Assembly: GCF_900115665.1 (NCBI RefSeq)
Contig: NZ_FOXH01000001.1
Coordinates: 179,777 to 243,776 of the forward strand
Source of the DNA: Pseudarcicella hirudinis
GTDB taxonomy: Bacteria > Bacteroidota > Bacteroidia > Cytophagales > Spirosomataceae
Length of the DNA stretch: 64,000 bases
Direction of reading: 5' to 3'
The translations under genes were made by a program, and so were the position numbers. Shown here one piece after another: positions 19,715 to 30,019 of the stretch (position 1 is its first letter; each line of letters begins with the position of its first letter). A model generated the notes under the pieces. That model did not search any database, had not been told where the DNA came from, and was given only the letters and a program-made list of their open reading frames with translations.

Positions 19715-20653
19715 ATGAAAATGATTAAAACCTTACGTTCCAAATCTTTATTTCAGCTTACTTTATGGCTGGTGATTTTTACAGGTTTCCATGGAAAAGC
19801 ACAGTCTTCAAATCCTGTTTTACGACTTTTTCCTCCCAATACCAGGGTTATAGAGAACGTTCCTTATGCAAATGATACCTTGAAAAAGCATCTTTTAGAC
19901 ATTTATCTGCCGGAAAAGGCAAAGGCAAATACACCGCTGGTTATCTGGATTCACGGAGGTGCCTGGATGCTCAATAACAAGTATGCCGATATGGGGTATA
20001 TGGAAAATACCCTGAAAGCAATTCTTGATAATGGATATGCCCTGGCTTCAATTGATTATCGTTACAGCACAGAGGCAATATTTCCGGCGCAGGTGCAGGA
20101 TTGTAACCAGGCAATAGCATTTTTGTACGATAATGCCGGGAAATATGGTCTGAGCAAAGAAAAATTTGCCCTGATGGGTTTTTCCGCCGGAGGACATCTG
20201 GCTTCCCTGATTGGTTTATCGAACAATAACCAGATTAAATCCTTTTATCCGCAAAATGCAAAAGCCGGATTCAGCATAAAAGCTGTTGTTGATTTTTACG
20301 GCCCTGCTGATTTTCTGGCAGGAATCAGAAATGAAGATAAAATAACCGGAGATTTAAAAGATCCGGTATCCATATTATTGGGAGCTGCTCCCCTGCAAAG
20401 GCCGGATTTGGCAAAAATTGCCAGTCCTGTTAGTTATATCGACAAAAATGATCCTCCTTTTCTGATTATTCACGGGGAGAAAGACGCTTCTGTTCCGGTC
20501 AATCAATCTGTGTTGTTAAATTCCTGGTTACAGCTAAACGGCCTTAGCCATGAGTTGATCGTCGTGCCCGATGCGCCACATTTTGGAAAGATGTTTGATG
20601 CGGAGTACATCCGAAACAAAGTTGTACTTTTCTTATTCAATAATTTAAAATAG
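19715..20653 (+). CDS. Alpha/beta-hydrolase esterase (HGG-type; carbohydrate-esterase/prolyl-oligopeptidase-like)
   Basis: Signal peptide present. IWIHGGAWMLNNK (HGG oxyanion motif). Nucleophile GFSAGGHLAS. Acid/His region IIHGEKDASVPV...APHF. Confidence 0.75.
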   Translation: MKMIKTLRSKSLFQLTLWLVIFTGFHGKAQSSNPVLRLFPPNTRVIENVPYANDTLKKHLLDIYLPEKAKANTPLVIWIHGGAWMLNNKYADMGYMENTLKAILDNGYALASIDYRYSTEAIFPAQVQDCNQAIAFLYDNAGKYGLSKEKFALMGFSAGGHLASLIGLSNNNQIKSFYPQNAKAGFSIKAVVDFYGPADFLAGIRNEDKITGDLKDPVSILLGAAPLQRPDLAKIASPVSYIDKNDPPFLIIHGEKDASVPVNQSVLLNSWLQLNGLSHELIVVPDAPHFGKMFDAEYIRNKVVLFLFNNLK

Positions 20654-20980
20654 ACCTGTCTGTTAAGAACACAGTTTTAATAATTCCCGCATTTCCGGCT
20701 GGAATTATTAAATTTGCTTAGTTCTTTGTAAATTTCTGTACATTAAAAAGATCAAAGAAAAGAAACTTAAAACAGGTAATCAGTTTCATCATTCCGGAAA
20801 AACAGGGGAATCTTTGACGTATATGAAATATGGTTAGAGATAACCTTCACTGGAATCGGATTGAAGGTTACGGCAGCCCCTGACTTTTAAACCGGAAAAC
20901 GCTGAAAATCGCTTGTGAAATCAAAGCATTTATTGAAATCTGACTGAAAACAGAAGGAAATTACCGTTAAAAAACCATTT

Positions 20981-22252
20981 ATGAAGAAGTCTGTACTTGA
21001 GGCTGTGCAAAATCATGTTGAACCCATTCTGAATGCTCTGCCTGTCAGATATTCTTTTCATAACTATGCCCATACTGTTGATTCGGTAAAACTGGCCGGA
21101 AAAATTGGGGCTGAATCGGATCTGGAAGCTGAGGATTTTGAAAAACTGATGGTTGCTGTCTGGTTTATAGATTTAGGTTATACCAATGGAAATGATACCC
21201 CTGAAAAGAGAAGTGCGGAAATGGCCGAAGATTTTTTGAAAAGCATTGATTATGATGCCGGAAAGATCAAAAAAGTCCTGAAATTCATCAAAGTCATTAA
21301 ACCACCTGAAAGACCAGGAAACCTGCCGGAAATGATTATGTGTGATGTTTTTAATGCTTTTTATGCACAGGATAATCTGTTTGAACAACTGGAAAAGCTG
21401 AGGGAAGAAACCATTTTTTCAACAGGACATATCGGTAAGCGCAAATGGCTGAAATACATCCTTGCGCAGATTAACGCTGTGGAATATTTCAGTCCTTACG
21501 GTAAAGCAAATTTTGAAGATAAAAAAGCCCTGAATATAGGCAGGATTCTTCTGAAACTGGATGAGCTGAAACAGGAAAAAAAGGAGAAAAAGTCTGAAAA
21601 AAATATCGGGAAGAAAGATATCGTTTTGCCGGATCTGATTGATAATGAGGTAGGAAAGAGTCGTAAAGGAATGCAGATTGCTGAAAATAAGGAGGTTGCG
21701 ATATTGAAAAAGCAGCCCGATCTGCCTGTAAGAGGGGTCGAGACAATGTTTAAATCTACCTCTGTAAATCATTTCAACCTTGCTGCTCTGGCGGATCATA
21801 AAGCACATATTATGATTTCTATAAATGCTGTAATTGTTTCTTTGGTAATCAGTATTTTAGTAAGAAAACTCGATGATTTGCCGGGATTGCTTATTCCGAT
21901 TATTTTATTGACAATTGTCAGTCTTTTAACCATCGTTTTTGCTATTCTGGCTACCAGACCCAAACTGGCAAAGGGAATTTTTACCCAGGAACAGATTGAT
22001 AATAAAACGGCAAATATTCTGTATTTCGGAAATTTTTATAAAATGGAACTGAAGGATTATGAATCGGGAATCAACAAAATGATGAATGATTCCGATTTTT
22101 TATATGCTTCAATGACCAAAGATCTTTATGATTTAGGACAGATTCTCGCTCATAAATATAAAATGCTCAGAATCTCTTATAATATTTTTATGTTTGGTTT
22201 TGTAGTATCGGTAATTGCTTTTGGAATATCCTATTTTATTGATCTTAATTAG
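20981..22252 (+). CDS. Orphan HD-like (degenerate) N-terminal domain fused to C-terminal multi-TM module (Pycsar/CBASS-effector-like membrane domain)
   Basis: N-terminal YSFHNYAHTVDSVKLAGKIG...LMVAVWFIDLGY follows the HD-domain H..H..D ...(LL)HD pattern, but the HD dyad reads ID. The C-terminal ADHKAHIMISINAVIVSLVISILV, LLIPIILLTIVSLLTIVFAILA and IFMFGFVVSVIAFGISYFI give three predicted TM helices. Confidence 0.5.
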   Translation: MKKSVLEAVQNHVEPILNALPVRYSFHNYAHTVDSVKLAGKIGAESDLEAEDFEKLMVAVWFIDLGYTNGNDTPEKRSAEMAEDFLKSIDYDAGKIKKVLKFIKVIKPPERPGNLPEMIMCDVFNAFYAQDNLFEQLEKLREETIFSTGHIGKRKWLKYILAQINAVEYFSPYGKANFEDKKALNIGRILLKLDELKQEKKEKKSEKNIGKKDIVLPDLIDNEVGKSRKGMQIAENKEVAILKKQPDLPVRGVETMFKSTSVNHFNLAALADHKAHIMISINAVIVSLVISILVRKLDDLPGLLIPIILLTIVSLLTIVFAILATRPKLAKGIFTQEQIDNKTANILYFGNFYKMELKDYESGINKMMNDSDFLYASMTKDLYDLGQILAHKYKMLRISYNIFMFGFVVSVIAFGISYFIDLN

Positions 22253-22339
22253 AAGTATCGGGATGATACCGGCTTGTATTTCAGAGGAATAGTGTTTTGG
22301 GTCTTGTAAATAATTCCGATTACAGAAAACCTGGACCAG

Positions 22340-25300
22340 ATGAAAAAAGAAATCTACAGCTTACTTATTTTTATACTCATTCAGATACCGCTTTCTGCAC
22401 AAAATACAGGGCCGGCTTACTCTGTTTTTTTGATGGGCGACGGAGGTGAACCGATACATGGAGGGAAGGATCCTGTATTGAGGTCCTTGCAGACACAATT
22501 ACAAAAATCCGGTAAAAATGGGACACTCGTATGGCTGGGGGACAATATTTATCCGAAAGGACTGGTAGAGGAAGGTAACCATCAGAGAGCTGAGGCAGAA
22601 TTAAGACTTTCAGAACAGCTTAAGATAATCAGGGATTTTGCAGGAAAATCTTTTATCGTCCCCGGAAATCATGACTGGCAGCAAGGCGGTAGAAATGGCT
22701 GGGAATATGTTAAAAATCAGGAAAAGTTTGTAGAAGAATTTCTGCAGGATGATAAGGTTTTCTTCCCGAAAGGAGGTTGCCCTACGCCACAGGAAATCTA
22801 TGTAAATAATCAATTGAGTCTTATTTTACTCGATACGCAATGGCCTCTTCATCAATGGGATAAACCCGGGCCTGAATCGGACTGCGAGGTAAAAAGCCTT
22901 GACGGGCTATTCAGTGCTGTCAGTGATATCCTGGAAAGAAACCGGGATAAAAGAGTGCTGGTCATGGGACATCATCCGATGTATTCACATGGTTCGCACG
23001 GAGGGTATTTTACTTTGAAAGATCATTTGCTGCCGCTTCATGCCCTGGGTCTGAATATCCCTTTACCCATAATCGGGTCTGTTTATCCGCTTTACCGGAA
23101 ATTTATCGGAAATATTCAGGATATTCAGCATCCGAAATATCAGGAAATGAGAAATGGATTGGTTAACATTCTGAAAAACCATAAAAATGTAATTTATGCA
23201 AACGGTCATGACCATAATCTGCAATTAATTGTCAGAGATTCAATTAATTATATTACCTCTGGTGCCGCCTCAGAAAGTTCTGCGGCGAGGGAGGGAAAGG
23301 ATACAAAATTTGTGGCTTCAGTGAAAGGTTTTGCCCGGCTGGATTTTTATGAAAATGGTAAAATAATGCTGCTTTTCTATGAAGGAGACGGGCAGGAAGG
23401 CAAAGAATTATTCAGGACAGAGCTGAATGTTAAATCCGGATTGACTCAGCAAAGGGAGGAGTTTCGTCAAAATCAATTGAAATCGCTGACAGTAGTGCCC
23501 AATAAGAAATTTAAGGCAAAAGGTTTAAAAAGGCTGTTTTTGGGTAAAAATTACCGGGATATCTGGACAAAACCTATTACAGTACCGATGCTTAATTTTC
23601 AGGAAGAACAGGGAGGGTTGCATATTATTCAGAAAGGAGGGGGATTTCAGACACTTTCACTAAGATATGAAGCCGGGAACGGCGGTAAATTTGTTACCCG
23701 TTCCATTGAAAAGTTTCCTGAAAAGGCTATTCCACCTCCGCTTCTCAGCCCTTTTACACTGGATATTGTCGGAGATCAGGTTTCTGCAGCGCATCCTTTT
23801 GCCGCATTGGTCATTCCGCCGTTGGCTGAAGCCGCCGGAGTTTTCCATACCAATCCAAGATTGGTAGTTATTCCTGAAGATACGACTTTAAGACAGTACA
23901 GAAAACAGTTTTCTAACCAGCTGGCATTGTTTGAGGAAAGACCGGACGAAGGTTTTCAGGGTTCTTCCAAAAACTATTCAACACCGAAGGTCGTAGAAAA
24001 ACTGGCGCAGGATAATCATAACCGGGTAGATCAGAAAGAGGTTTTGAGAGCAAGGCTTTTTGACATGCTGATTGGCGATTGGGACAGGCATGACGACCAA
24101 TGGCGTTGGGCGGGTTTTGAGGAAGGAAAAGAGCTGATTCTGAAACCAATTCCCCGAGACAGAGACCAGGCTTTCTTTTTGGGAGACGGGATTTTACTGA
24201 ATTTACTTTCCCGGAAATGGATTATGCCCAAATTACAGGGTTTTCATAGTAAAATCCGTGATGTCCCCGGACTGAATTTTAACGCCAGGTATTTTGACCG
24301 CTCTTTTCTTACCGGAATGAACCGGGAAGACTGGTTGAATATGGCTGTTGAAATTAAACAGAAACTGAGCGATAAACTGATAGATTCTGCTGTAACAAAT
24401 TTACCGAAACCGGATGATCATGCGGCGCTGATCGCCGAAAGACTTAAATCCAGAAGAGACCATTTGCCTGATTATGCTTTAATTCAGCATGATTTTCTGG
24501 CAAAAGAAGTCGATATTCTGGGAAGTAATAAAAGTGAAACTATTCAGGTAAAAAGGCTGGAAGATGGGCAGACCGAAGTGAGCATATTCGATAATCCGAA
24601 AAAAGATGAAGTACCAAGACAGTTGTATCACAGAATTTTCAGTCCGGAGTTTACCAGAGAAATAAGAATCTGGGGTTTGGACGGAGCTGATAAATTTACC
24701 ATAAATGGAGAGGCTGAAAGAGCTATAAAATTGCGCTTATTCGGAGGAAAAGGAAATGACCTGTTTGCAGACAGTTCCCGAATCAGAAAAGGAAGGAAAA
24801 AAGATTATATTTATGACTGGATTAAGGGAACAACGATTTATAACCGTTCGGAGGTAAAAGATATGACTTCTGATAAGTATTTGAGAGACAATGATTTTGA
24901 TCGGCTTTCCTTTAAGTATGACCGTTTGTCTCCGCTTCTGACTTTTGCCTATAATCCGGACGATGGTATCTTTGCGGGAGCGGGTTTGCAATATACCAGA
25001 CAGGGGTTCCGGAAAGAACCTTTTGCCAGTCAGCATAGTTTATCGGGTGATTTTGCCTTTAATACTCATGCTTTTAACCTTTCTTATACCGGAGAATTTG
25101 TTGACTTAATCGGGTCAACGGATCTGGAACTGAAATCTACCGTACAACAGTCGAGTATGACCAGTAATTTCTTCGGAATAGGAAATGAAACGGTTTATCA
25201 GAAAGAGAAGAAGATAGATTATTATCGGTTTAATTACAGTAATTACGAAAGCTCAGTCATGTTCAGAAATCACCTGGGAAAAACAGTGTTTTCCTATGGC

Positions 25301-25957
25301 GTTATTCAGAATGCCTTTAAAATTGATGAAAATCCAGGTCATTACCTCAGTGAATATGCACCTCCCGGTTCTGATGTATATCAAAAGAAGGATTTCCTTG
25401 GTGTAAAAACAGGATTCACAATCGATAACCGGGATTCAAAAATCTGGACTACCAGAGGTATTTTATGGGATTTTGCTTCAACGTATCAACATGGTATAAG
25501 TTCTTCTGCCAGGGACGAATATATGAATCTGAAAACGAATCTTGCTTTTTATTGGTCAGCCAGAATTCCGGCAACTGTAATTTTTGCAACCCGTTTCGGG
25601 GGAGCCGTCAATTTTACAGATTATGAATTTTATCAGGCCAATTATCTTGACGGATTATCCAATATCAGAGGTTTCAGAAGAAACAGGTTTGCCGGGCAGT
25701 CCTCTTTTTACAATAATACTGAAGTCGGGTTAAAACTATTTAATGTCAGAAATTACTTTTTCCCGGCTTATGCAGGCATCCTGGCTTTTAACGATATCGG
25801 GAGAGTCTGGAGCCGGAATGAAAGCTCATCAAAATGGCATCATGCTTACGGAGGCGGGTTCTGGTTCGCTCCATTTAACGTGGCCGTGATTTCAGCAATG
25901 TATTCAATTTCAGAAGAAGATCATTTACCGATTATCAAATTCGGCTTTTTCTTCTAA
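22340..25957 (+). CDS. Secreted calcineurin-like metallophosphoesterase fused to a C-terminal Omp85/surface-antigen (D15)-type outer-membrane beta-barrel
   Basis: Signal MKKEIYSLLIFILIQIPLSAQ. Phosphoesterase motifs GDGGEP, GDNIYPKG, VPGNHDW, GHHP, GHDHN. The C-terminal about 350 aa show alternating-hydrophobic barrel strands ending ...IIKFGFFF. Confidence 0.7.
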   Translation: MKKEIYSLLIFILIQIPLSAQNTGPAYSVFLMGDGGEPIHGGKDPVLRSLQTQLQKSGKNGTLVWLGDNIYPKGLVEEGNHQRAEAELRLSEQLKIIRDFAGKSFIVPGNHDWQQGGRNGWEYVKNQEKFVEEFLQDDKVFFPKGGCPTPQEIYVNNQLSLILLDTQWPLHQWDKPGPESDCEVKSLDGLFSAVSDILERNRDKRVLVMGHHPMYSHGSHGGYFTLKDHLLPLHALGLNIPLPIIGSVYPLYRKFIGNIQDIQHPKYQEMRNGLVNILKNHKNVIYANGHDHNLQLIVRDSINYITSGAASESSAAREGKDTKFVASVKGFARLDFYENGKIMLLFYEGDGQEGKELFRTELNVKSGLTQQREEFRQNQLKSLTVVPNKKFKAKGLKRLFLGKNYRDIWTKPITVPMLNFQEEQGGLHIIQKGGGFQTLSLRYEAGNGGKFVTRSIEKFPEKAIPPPLLSPFTLDIVGDQVSAAHPFAALVIPPLAEAAGVFHTNPRLVVIPEDTTLRQYRKQFSNQLALFEERPDEGFQGSSKNYSTPKVVEKLAQDNHNRVDQKEVLRARLFDMLIGDWDRHDDQWRWAGFEEGKELILKPIPRDRDQAFFLGDGILLNLLSRKWIMPKLQGFHSKIRDVPGLNFNARYFDRSFLTGMNREDWLNMAVEIKQKLSDKLIDSAVTNLPKPDDHAALIAERLKSRRDHLPDYALIQHDFLAKEVDILGSNKSETIQVKRLEDGQTEVSIFDNPKKDEVPRQLYHRIFSPEFTREIRIWGLDGADKFTINGEAERAIKLRLFGGKGNDLFADSSRIRKGRKKDYIYDWIKGTTIYNRSEVKDMTSDKYLRDNDFDRLSFKYDRLSPLLTFAYNPDDGIFAGAGLQYTRQGFRKEPFASQHSLSGDFAFNTHAFNLSYTGEFVDLIGSTDLELKSTVQQSSMTSNFFGIGNETVYQKEKKIDYYRFNYSNYESSVMFRNHLGKTVFSYGVIQNAFKIDENPGHYLSEYAPPGSDVYQKKDFLGVKTGFTIDNRDSKIWTTRGILWDFASTYQHGISSSARDEYMNLKTNLAFYWSARIPATVIFATRFGGAVNFTDYEFYQANYLDGLSNIRGFRRNRFAGQSSFYNNTEVGLKLFNVRNYFFPAYAGILAFNDIGRVWSRNESSSKWHHAYGGGFWFAPFNVAVISAMYSISEEDHLPIIKFGFFF

Positions 25958-26032
25958 AAATCCAAAATACATATTAAATTGCAGATAGAATTGATATTCA
26001 GGTGAATTTATATAAACATACCGGTTAAACTT

Positions 26033-26449
26033 ATGGAAAATCAATCGAATGAATGTTGTGAGACGTTCTTTACCTCAGGGCAGATTAATTTGTCCGCTAT
26101 GCTGAAAGATTATGAATTATGGATTGAAAAGCTCCGTTTAACGGCTGAGACACTCAATCTTTCCAAAATGCAATTTAACGTTTTCTCAAAGAATAATGCG
26201 CTGATCAGTACCTTCCTTGAAAAGTTTAGTTCGGGAGAAAAAGACATCAGAGAAAGAATCGGACTGTATCAGGAAGCAAGCCTTAAAATCAGAGAGAAAG
26301 ATGAACAGATGATTAACCAGTTAATGGCAATTCATCATCAGGCTAAATGTGATTTCTGTCGTTTCAGTCATAGAATCCAGGTAATTGTAAGAGCGAAAGA
26401 AGAAGCTTTTTTATCAGGATTTATGCCTTTCAGAGGAAGTTTGAATTAA
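26033..26449 (+). CDS. Hypothetical small protein
   Basis: 138-aa ORF with no recognisable motifs. A convergent terminator follows it. Confidence 0.3.
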   Translation: MENQSNECCETFFTSGQINLSAMLKDYELWIEKLRLTAETLNLSKMQFNVFSKNNALISTFLEKFSSGEKDIRERIGLYQEASLKIREKDEQMINQLMAIHHQAKCDFCRFSHRIQVIVRAKEEAFLSGFMPFRGSLN

Positions 26450-26474
26450 AAACCAGACATTTTATATTTTAGTA

Positions 26475-26510
26475 AAAGGGCATGTCAGTCTCATCTGATC
26501 TGCCCTTTTT
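26475..26510. terminator. Probable bidirectional terminator hairpin
   Basis: aaagggcatgtcag...ctgatctgcccttttt between convergent genes. The stem is imperfect. Confidence 0.4.
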
Positions 26511-26533
26511 AAGTGTTGGCTGATCAGGAAACT

Positions 26534-27268
26534 TTATAGCTGATCTTTAATGAATTTGTACAGATAAGGAGCTTTATGAGCTTCTCCGGTCCATTTCTTG
26601 TCGAGCCGTTCCAATATTTCCAGACTTAATATTTTACGCTGAAAGCTGGTTCTGCGTAGTTTTTCTCCTAAAATTGTTTCATACAGACTTTGTAAATCTG
26701 CCATCGTAAAGGTTTCGGGCAGCAGATTAAAACCAATCAGTTTACTGTCAAGATTTGCTCTCAGTGTTTCAAGGGCTTTATCTACCATATCTCTGTGATC
26801 GAGAATCAGATCCGGAAGATTCTCAAGGTCATACCAATTGCAATTGTCAAAAAGAAAATCAGAAACAGGAACTACTTTCTCAAAATCAATCAAGGCATAA
26901 TATCCGACAGAAACAAATCTTCTCAGCAGCCAGTGATTTTCTGTCGGAATATTCCCTTTTCCGATCATGATCTTTCGCAAAGTCTCAGCGTTATGACGGC
27001 TGCAATCTCCGAAAACATAAAATTGTTCAAGGTAAATATTCTGTAATCCGGTTCTCTGGGCAAGTACTCTTCTGGCAGCATCATTCAGATTTTCCTGATT
27101 GCGGATAAAACCACCGGGCAGCGCAAATAATCCCGTGTTACTATGTTCAAGTAACAGGATCTTCAGCTGATTTTGCTGAAACCCGAAAATTACGGCATCA
27201 ATGGCTAATCCGGGAAGTAAGCCTTCGCCGTCATGAGTAATTACTTCAATAGGTTGCTGATTCTTCAT
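26534..27268 (-). CDS. NUDIX-domain transcriptional regulator (NrtR/AraR-like: degenerate Nudix box plus C-terminal winged helix)
   Basis: Nudix-box position reads LPGGFIRNQENLNDAARRVLAQRTGL. The REx2EE glutamates are replaced by RRVLAQRT, implying no catalytic activity. The C-terminal domain is helix-rich. Internal ATG at 27268 preferred over the ORF-track start. Confidence 0.6.
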   Translation of the reverse strand: MKNQQPIEVITHDGEGLLPGLAIDAVIFGFQQNQLKILLLEHSNTGLFALPGGFIRNQENLNDAARRVLAQRTGLQNIYLEQFYVFGDCSRHNAETLRKIMIGKGNIPTENHWLLRRFVSVGYYALIDFEKVVPVSDFLFDNCNWYDLENLPDLILDHRDMVDKALETLRANLDSKLIGFNLLPETFTMADLQSLYETILGEKLRRTSFQRKILSLEILERLDKKWTGEAHKAPYLYKFIKDQL

Positions 27269-27351
27269 TTCAAATAATTTACCCGCAATTAACAAAAAAA
27301 AATCGGAGTATCTGGCCGGATTTTTGGTAATTAATAATAATTCCTCTATTA

Positions 27352-27370
27352 TTGTCACAAAATGAGACAA
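27352..27370. promoter_or_regulatory. Candidate operator (imperfect inverted repeat) in the divergent promoter region between the NUDIX regulator and the carboxylesterase
   Basis: TTGTCAC-aaaat-GAGACAA, with the half-sites being reverse complements with one mismatch. Confidence 0.25.
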
Positions 27371-27457
27371 TAATAAGTTTTTCTTGTAATTGCCTGATTA
27401 ATATCTTGTTAAGAATCGTTTCATTATTCCATTTTCTTACTAAAACAATCCCTGATT

Positions 27458-29086
27458 ATGAAAAGAATTTTTGCCTTTTTACTATTATTAACGTCTTTGT
27501 CGGCAGCGCAGGCGCAGGATGAGCTTTCTCAGGCACGCGCAAAGACCAGGAACGGACAGCTTGAAGGTGTTTTGGATAAAAATACCGGAGTACGTTCATT
27601 CAAAGGCATTCCGTTCGCTGCGCCTCCGGTCGGAGATTTAAGATGGAAAGAGCCGCAACCGGTAAAGAATTGGACTGGTGTTCGTAAAGCAGATAAATTC
27701 GGACCGAGAGCGATGCAGAGAGCCCTTTTCGGTGACATGGGTTTCCGTTCAGACGGGGTAAGCGAAGATTGTTTGTATCTGAATGTATGGACGCCTGCAA
27801 ATTCATCAAAGGAGCGTCTGCCTGTACTGGTATATTTTTACGGAGGCGGACTTATGGCGGGTGATGGTTCAGAACCACGTTATGATGGCGAAAGTATGGC
27901 TCAGAAGGGTATCGTTTCTATAACCGTTAATTATCGTCTGACAGTTTTCGGATTTTTCTCTCATCCTGAGTTGAGTAAAGAGTCTCCAACACATTCTTCA
28001 GGGAATTATGGCTTTTTGGACCAGTATGCTGCATTGAAATGGGTTCAGGAAAATGTGGCTGCTTTCGGAGGAGATCCTAAAAGAGTAACAATTGCCGGAG
28101 AATCTGCCGGGTCAATTTCAGTAAATGCCCAAATGGTTTCACCACTTTCTCAGAATTTATTCTCTGCAGCGATAGGTGAAAGTGGCTCAATGCTTGGTAC
28201 GTTACCAGCTATTTCTCTTACTGAAGGAGAACAAATCGGAATTAAATTTGCTGAAATTGCCGGAGCGAAAACACTGGCAGAATTGAGAGCTATTCCTGCA
28301 GAACAGTTGCTTGAAGCTACCGCTAAACCAGGAGTTCCGAGATTTATGGCTAATGTTGACAATTATTTCTTTCCGAAATCTCCGATGGAACTTTACACAG
28401 AAGGAATGCAGTCGAAAGTACCATTATTAGTAGGCTGGAATTCGGAGGAATTGGGCTTTTTCGGAATATTAGGAAAAGAAAAACCAACGAAAGAAAATTA
28501 TGAAAAAGCAGTAAAAGCGCTTTACAATGATAAAGCAGAGGAGGTTCTGAAATTATACCCTGCTTCAACGGATGAAGATGTTGCACAGGCAGCTACTAAT
28601 TTATCAAGTGATAGATTTATTGGTTTCAGTACCTGGAAATGGAGTGATTTACATAGCAAAACCGGAAAACACCCTGTTTACAGATATATGTATGACCGAC
28701 CAAGACCTGCTATGAGAGCTGAGATGGGTAATGCCAGCGCCGGTTTGGCCGGAGGTGTAGTGAAGGGAGATGCTCCGAAAATGCCTCCTGCACGTGGGGC
28801 TGTTCACTCTGCTGAAATTGAGTATGCTTTAGGAAACCTTGCTTCAAATAAAGTATATGACTGGACGGCAGATGATTATAAAGTATCTAAAACCATGCAG
28901 GAGTACTTTGCCAACTTCATTAAAACTCATAATCCAAACGGAAAAGACCTGCCTAAATGGCCGGCTGTTACACCTAACGTTCCTGCGGAAGTGATGCATT
29001 TGAATGTTGAGTCGAAAGCCATGACTGAGAAACACAGAGACCGCTATTTGTTTATTGACCAGTTTTATACAAAACCGGCAAAATAA
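27458..29086 (+). CDS. Type-B carboxylesterase (para-nitrobenzyl-esterase/cholinesterase-like), secreted
   Basis: Signal peptide. EDCLYLNVWTP, YFYGGGLMAGDGS, nucleophile GESAGS and the overall ~540-aa carboxylesterase fold pattern. Confidence 0.85.
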   Translation: MKRIFAFLLLLTSLSAAQAQDELSQARAKTRNGQLEGVLDKNTGVRSFKGIPFAAPPVGDLRWKEPQPVKNWTGVRKADKFGPRAMQRALFGDMGFRSDGVSEDCLYLNVWTPANSSKERLPVLVYFYGGGLMAGDGSEPRYDGESMAQKGIVSITVNYRLTVFGFFSHPELSKESPTHSSGNYGFLDQYAALKWVQENVAAFGGDPKRVTIAGESAGSISVNAQMVSPLSQNLFSAAIGESGSMLGTLPAISLTEGEQIGIKFAEIAGAKTLAELRAIPAEQLLEATAKPGVPRFMANVDNYFFPKSPMELYTEGMQSKVPLLVGWNSEELGFFGILGKEKPTKENYEKAVKALYNDKAEEVLKLYPASTDEDVAQAATNLSSDRFIGFSTWKWSDLHSKTGKHPVYRYMYDRPRPAMRAEMGNASAGLAGGVVKGDAPKMPPARGAVHSAEIEYALGNLASNKVYDWTADDYKVSKTMQEYFANFIKTHNPNGKDLPKWPAVTPNVPAEVMHLNVESKAMTEKHRDRYLFIDQFYTKPAK

Positions 29087-29116
29087 GCCCGATAATTATA
29101 AAATTCTGAATTCCTG

Positions 29117-29151
29117 AAAATGGCCGGCATTATGCCGGCCATTTTTATTTT
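29117..29151 (+). terminator. Rho-independent terminator after the carboxylesterase
   Basis: aaaatggccggcat/tatgccggccattttt followed by TATTTT. Confidence 0.7.
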
Positions 29152-29427
29152 GACTTAAATCAGGAGCCTTTCCGGAAGAAAAAACCTGATAACCCATTGA
29201 AACAATGAGTTAAATGCCGGATATCTTTAATTAGACGTGTATTTACAGCGTTATCCGTTCCGAGCCACTTAATAAATATACGTAAGCGAGGATAAGGATG
29301 TCGGAAATTTTGTTTTACTTTGAGTTTAATCTCAATGATATAAAGACTTACGGATTTTATTATTCAAAGATTTACCAGTTTTTATTACGCTTAAAACTAA
29401 CCCGGATTTATTTTTAAATTATATTCT

Positions 29428-30006
29428 ATGCGATTATTTTACCCTTCTGTTTTAAAGATATGTATAATAGTTTTACTTATTGCTTCCACAAATTTTTACA
29501 GCAAAGCTCAGAATGAGATTTTTTACGGAGTGTCCGGAATGTATAATATTCCTTTGAAAAACATTGGAATAGGAGTCAGGGCGCAAATTCCTGTTTGGGA
29601 TAGGGTTGAACTTGTTCCGCAGGTTAAGTATGTCCCGTCATTTAACAAGATCCATGAATTATACGGTGGAGCCAACCTTCATTTCCTGCTCATAGAAGGA
29701 AATGAAAAAATCAATGGCCGTAAACCGTTATATGAGCGAACCCGTCCTGATATTTACCTCGCAGCAGGAGTAGAGTATAATCGCTGGATTGACTATGTAG
29801 AAACCAAAAAATCCAATTCCGGCCGGAATAACATCCTTCCTGAAGCCGGCATGGGCATTTCATATGGGAATAAGACCATTCGTTTTTTCGGAGAAGTAAA
29901 ATATAATATCCTCTGGAATGAGAGTTATCTGGAAGCCGGTTTACTGGTTTGTCCTTCCCAGATATTTAAACAGAATAAAAGCAATAAATGTCCGCGTCTA
30001 TATTAA
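29428..30006 (+). CDS. Small outer-membrane beta-barrel (porin-family) protein
   Basis: Signal peptide, ~190 aa, alternating hydrophobic strands, aromatic-rich. Confidence 0.45.
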   Translation: MRLFYPSVLKICIIVLLIASTNFYSKAQNEIFYGVSGMYNIPLKNIGIGVRAQIPVWDRVELVPQVKYVPSFNKIHELYGGANLHFLLIEGNEKINGRKPLYERTRPDIYLAAGVEYNRWIDYVETKKSNSGRNNILPEAGMGISYGNKTIRFFGEVKYNILWNESYLEAGLLVCPSQIFKQNKSNKCPRLY

Positions 30007-30019
30007 ACAATAAATTGAT

